Shown here: in pieces, positions 61,540 through 64,000 of the stretch
Numbering within the stretch: the first letter of the stretch is position 1
How the letters are laid out: each line of letters starts with the position of its first letter
Sequence record: PQ416618.1
Reading direction: 5' to 3' (one strand)
Source of the DNA: Escherichia phage vB_VIPECOMC06
DNA: 64,000 nt
Position numbers and translations under genes: made by a program
The notes under the pieces: generated by a model
Seen by the model: only the letters and a program-made list of their open reading frames with translations
Told to the model about the DNA's origin: nothing
The model's database searches: none

Positions 61540-61751
61540 GAGAAATCGATTTAGGTATTTTCTGAGAGGTGATTATGCATGACGAACGACCTGACCTCTG
61601 AAAATTTCGATAAAATCCGTAAAGGCAAAGCAGAAAGAATGAGACGTTTTAAAGAGTCTTATGATAAAGCTAAAGCCGAAGGAACTATTACATACAAGCC
61701 CATTCGATTTAAAAGTTCAAATGAGCCTCTGTACGGTGTACTATGTGGATA

Positions 61752-61776
61752 GGAACTCTTCGGAGTTCCTTTTTTG
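61752..61776 (+). terminator. Rho-independent terminator
   Basis: ggaactc-ttcg-gagttcc hairpin followed by TTTTTT. Confidence 0.7.
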
Positions 61777-61798
61777 CTTTATAAACGGATGATAGAAT
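61771..61798 (+). promoter_or_regulatory. MotA-dependent middle promoter for gene 47
   Basis: tttTGCTTTA (MotA box) followed about 12 bp later by TAGAAT (-10), upstream of the gene 47 start at 61822. Confidence 0.5.
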
Positions 61799-61821
61799 GA
61801 ATTAACTAATGAGGAAATAAT

Positions 61822-62841
61822 ATGAAAATTTTAAATTTAGGTGATTGGCATTTAGGTGTTAAAGCTGATGATGAGTGGGTTCAATCCATTCAGTTGGATG
61901 GAATTAAGCAGGCGATAGAATATTCTAAGAAAAATGGAATTACTACATGGATTCAATACGGTGATATTTTTGATGTGCGAAAAGCAATCACGCATAAAAC
62001 TATGGAGTTCGCACGTGAAATAGTTCAAATGCTTGATGATGCTGGTATTACCCTACATACTGTTGTAGGAAACCATGATATGCACTTTAAAAATACTTTA
62101 ACTCCAAACGCTTCTACTGAGCTTTTAGCTAAATATCCTAATGTTAAAGTATATGATAAGCCTACTACAGTAGATTTTGACGGATGTTTGATTGATTTAA
62201 TTCCTTGGATGTGCGAAGAAAATACTGGTGAAATTCTTGAACATATCAAAACTTCATCTGCTTCTTTTTGTGTTGGGCACTGGGAACTGAATGGCTTTTA
62301 TTTCTATAAAGGAATGAAGTCTCATGGGCTTGAACCTGATTTCTTAAAGACCTATAAACAAGTCTGGTCCGGCCACTTCCACACAATCTCTGAAGCTGCT
62401 AACGTCAAATATATTGGGACACCATGGACACTTACTGCAGGTGATGAGAATGACCCGCGCGGATTCTGGGTATTTGACACTGATGTTGAACGTATGGAAT
62501 TTATTCCTAATGAAACAACATGGCATCGACGAATCACTTATCCGTTTAAAGGCAAAATCAATTATTCTGATTATACTAATCTAGCCGTACGTGTTATAGT
62601 ATCAGAAATTGATTCAGAGTTGACTAAGTTTGAATCTGAACTTGAAAAAGTAGTTCACTCTCTTCGTATGGTTTCTAAAGTTGATAACAGTGTTGAATCT
62701 GATGATGACCAGGAAATCGAGATTAAATCACTTCAAGATATCATTAAAGAATATATTGACGCGATTCCAGATATCTCAGACGAAGACAGAGAAGCGCTGG
62801 TCAAATATTCTAACGAACTTTATATTGAGGCAACACAATGA
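61822..62841 (+). CDS. 47: Recombination endonuclease subunit gp47 (Mre11-like)
   Basis: 339 aa, same as T4 gp47; phosphoesterase motifs LGDWHLG, GDIFD, GNHD. Confidence 0.93.
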   Translation: MKILNLGDWHLGVKADDEWVQSIQLDGIKQAIEYSKKNGITTWIQYGDIFDVRKAITHKTMEFAREIVQMLDDAGITLHTVVGNHDMHFKNTLTPNASTELLAKYPNVKVYDKPTTVDFDGCLIDLIPWMCEENTGEILEHIKTSSASFCVGHWELNGFYFYKGMKSHGLEPDFLKTYKQVWSGHFHTISEAANVKYIGTPWTLTAGDENDPRGFWVFDTDVERMEFIPNETTWHRRITYPFKGKINYSDYTNLAVRVIVSEIDSELTKFESELEKVVHSLRMVSKVDNSVESDDDQEIEIKSLQDIIKEYIDAIPDISDEDREALVKYSNELYIEATQ

Positions 62842-63095
62842 CTTTAGATGAATTTAACAATGCTGGGCTTGGGCTTGAAGTTGAAATGGACGTTAAAGAT
62901 GATGACGGATTCGAGAACACTATCAAGTATTGGATTGAGCCATTACGCGTTGAAGGCAATGAAGTTAAAGCAGTTCATGTCTGCACCGACTGGGCTATTG
63001 AATTTAGCTTTAATATAATGGACAACGATACTCCTGGCTCTATTCTTAAAATGGCTGAAGCATGTATTGAGGACGCGTATAATGACGAAGACTGA
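62838..63095 (+). CDS. Hypothetical acidic protein
   Basis: 85 aa; ATGA overlap with gene 47. Confidence 0.4.
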   Translation: MTLDEFNNAGLGLEVEMDVKDDDGFENTIKYWIEPLRVEGNEVKAVHVCTDWAIEFSFNIMDNDTPGSILKMAEACIEDAYNDED

Positions 63096-63321
63096 TTATG
63101 AAATCCATCGTCATGAATTTAGTATTGGCGACGGTTATATTGGTGTCGTTGAATGGACTGAGAATTACGAGGAATCAACTCCTCGTTTCTTTGGAACCAT
63201 GTATGTTACCTGTGAGTACGCACCAGGTGTTGTCATGTATGCAGAACTAGATGAATATTTTGCTGATAGAGATGACATGTTAAAATATGTAGAGGACTTC
63301 ATTCGAAGAGAATACATATGA
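63067..63321 (+). CDS. Hypothetical protein
   Basis: 84 aa; ends in an ATGA overlap with the gene 46 start. Confidence 0.4.
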   Translation: MRTRIMTKTDYEIHRHEFSIGDGYIGVVEWTENYEESTPRFFGTMYVTCEYAPGVVMYAELDEYFADRDDMLKYVEDFIRREYI

Positions 63322-64000
63322 AATCATTTAAATTAAATCGTGTTCGTTATCAAAACATCATGTCGGTAGGTGGGAATCCTATTGACATCCAATTAGATAA
63401 AGTCCAAAAGACATTAATCACTGGTAAAAATGGTGGTGGTAAATCTACGATGTTAGAAGCCATTACTTTCGGACTTTTCGGTAAACCATTTCGTGATGTT
63501 AAGAAAGGGCAAATCATTAATAGCACGAACAAGAAAGAGCTCTTAGTTGAGCTTTGGATGGAATTTGATGGTAAAAAATACTTCATTAAACGTGGCCAAA
63601 AGCCCAATATTTTCGAAATCTCCGTTGACGGTGTTCGTCTCGATGAATCTGCCAGCAGTCGTGACTTCCAAGAAGAATTTGAACGTAGCATCGGAATGTC
63701 ATACGCGTCTTTTAAACAAATCGTTGTGCTTGGGACGGCAGGGTATACCCCTTTCATGGCTCTTAGCACCCCTGCTCGCAGAAAACTTGTCGAAGACCTT
63801 TTAGAAGTCGGCACACTCGCTGAAATGGATAAAATCAATAAGTCTCAAGTTCGAGAACTTAATTCCCAAGGACAAGTTCTCGATGCCAAGAAAGATGGTA
63901 TTATCCAACAAATTAAGATTTATAACGAGAATATCGAACGTCAAAAGAAATTATCTGGTGATAATGTAGCGCGTCTACAGAATATGTATGACGACCTAGC
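63318..64000 (+). CDS. 46: Recombination endonuclease subunit gp46 (Rad50-like ATPase), 5' part only, truncated by window end
   Basis: Not in the ORF track (no stop in window); my translation from ATG 63318 gives MKSFKLNRVRYQNIMSVGGNPIDIQLDKVQKTLITGKNGGGKSTMLEAITFGLFGKPF..., matching the T4 gp46 N-terminus with Walker A. Confidence 0.9.
   Translation, partial: MKSFKLNRVRYQNIMSVGGNPIDIQLDKVQKTLITGKNGGGKSTMLEAITFGLFGKPFRDVKKGQIINSTNKKELLVELWMEFDGKKYFIKRGQKPNIFEISVDGVRLDESASSRDFQEEFERSIGMSYASFKQIVVLGTAGYTPFMALSTPARRKLVEDLLEVGTLAEMDKINKSQVRELNSQGQVLDAKKDGIIQQIKIYNENIERQKKLSGDNVARLQNMYDDL

Noticed and set aside
63350-63838. 162-aa minus-strand ORF near the window end
   Set aside because: It overlaps the plus-strand reading frame that translates into the conserved N-terminus of gp46 (Rad50-like, Walker A GKNGGGKST); the minus-strand ORF is low-complexity and unsupported.

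Overview
This window is a contiguous segment of a T4-like (T-even, Straboviridae/Tevenvirinae-type) myovirus genome, written in reverse-complement relative to the usual T4 map. Positions 1-21179 carry the late morphogenesis block on the minus strand: terminase 17/16, neck 15/14/13, fibritin wac, short tail fibre 12, baseplate 11-10-9-8-7-6, 5.4, 5.1, 5 and 53. Gene order and protein lengths match T4 almost exactly, except for a GIY-YIG homing endonuclease wedged between genes 13 and 14. From 21241 onward everything is on the plus strand: 4-2-3-1-57A-57B (57B = Acb1 2H-phosphodiesterase), capsid-targeting-sequence internal proteins, a single tRNA(CAU) followed by a seg-like GIY-YIG endonuclease, then a long hypervariable early region. 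That region contains recognisable T4 landmarks (nudE, e lysozyme, denV, regB, tk, rI, nrdC, 49, nrdD, nrdG, 55, 47, start of 46) interspersed with many small ORFs of unknown function. Accessory ORFs are typically preceded by a repeated early-promoter/stem-loop cassette (GTTTAC -35, palindromic spacer, TAnnnT -10, GGAG SD). The most interesting candidates for undescribed biology are: the rI-nrdC accessory island (pol-beta nucleotidyltransferase, P-loop ATPase, three ~310-330 aa coiled-coil proteins each with its own promoter cassette); a Poa1-like macro-domain protein with a non-ATG start; a family of small membrane proteins sharing an in-frame FI(K/T)ECR junction motif; and the expanded set of six internal-protein genes. 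All identifications rest on my reading of the translations and recall of T4 proteins; no database search was run.
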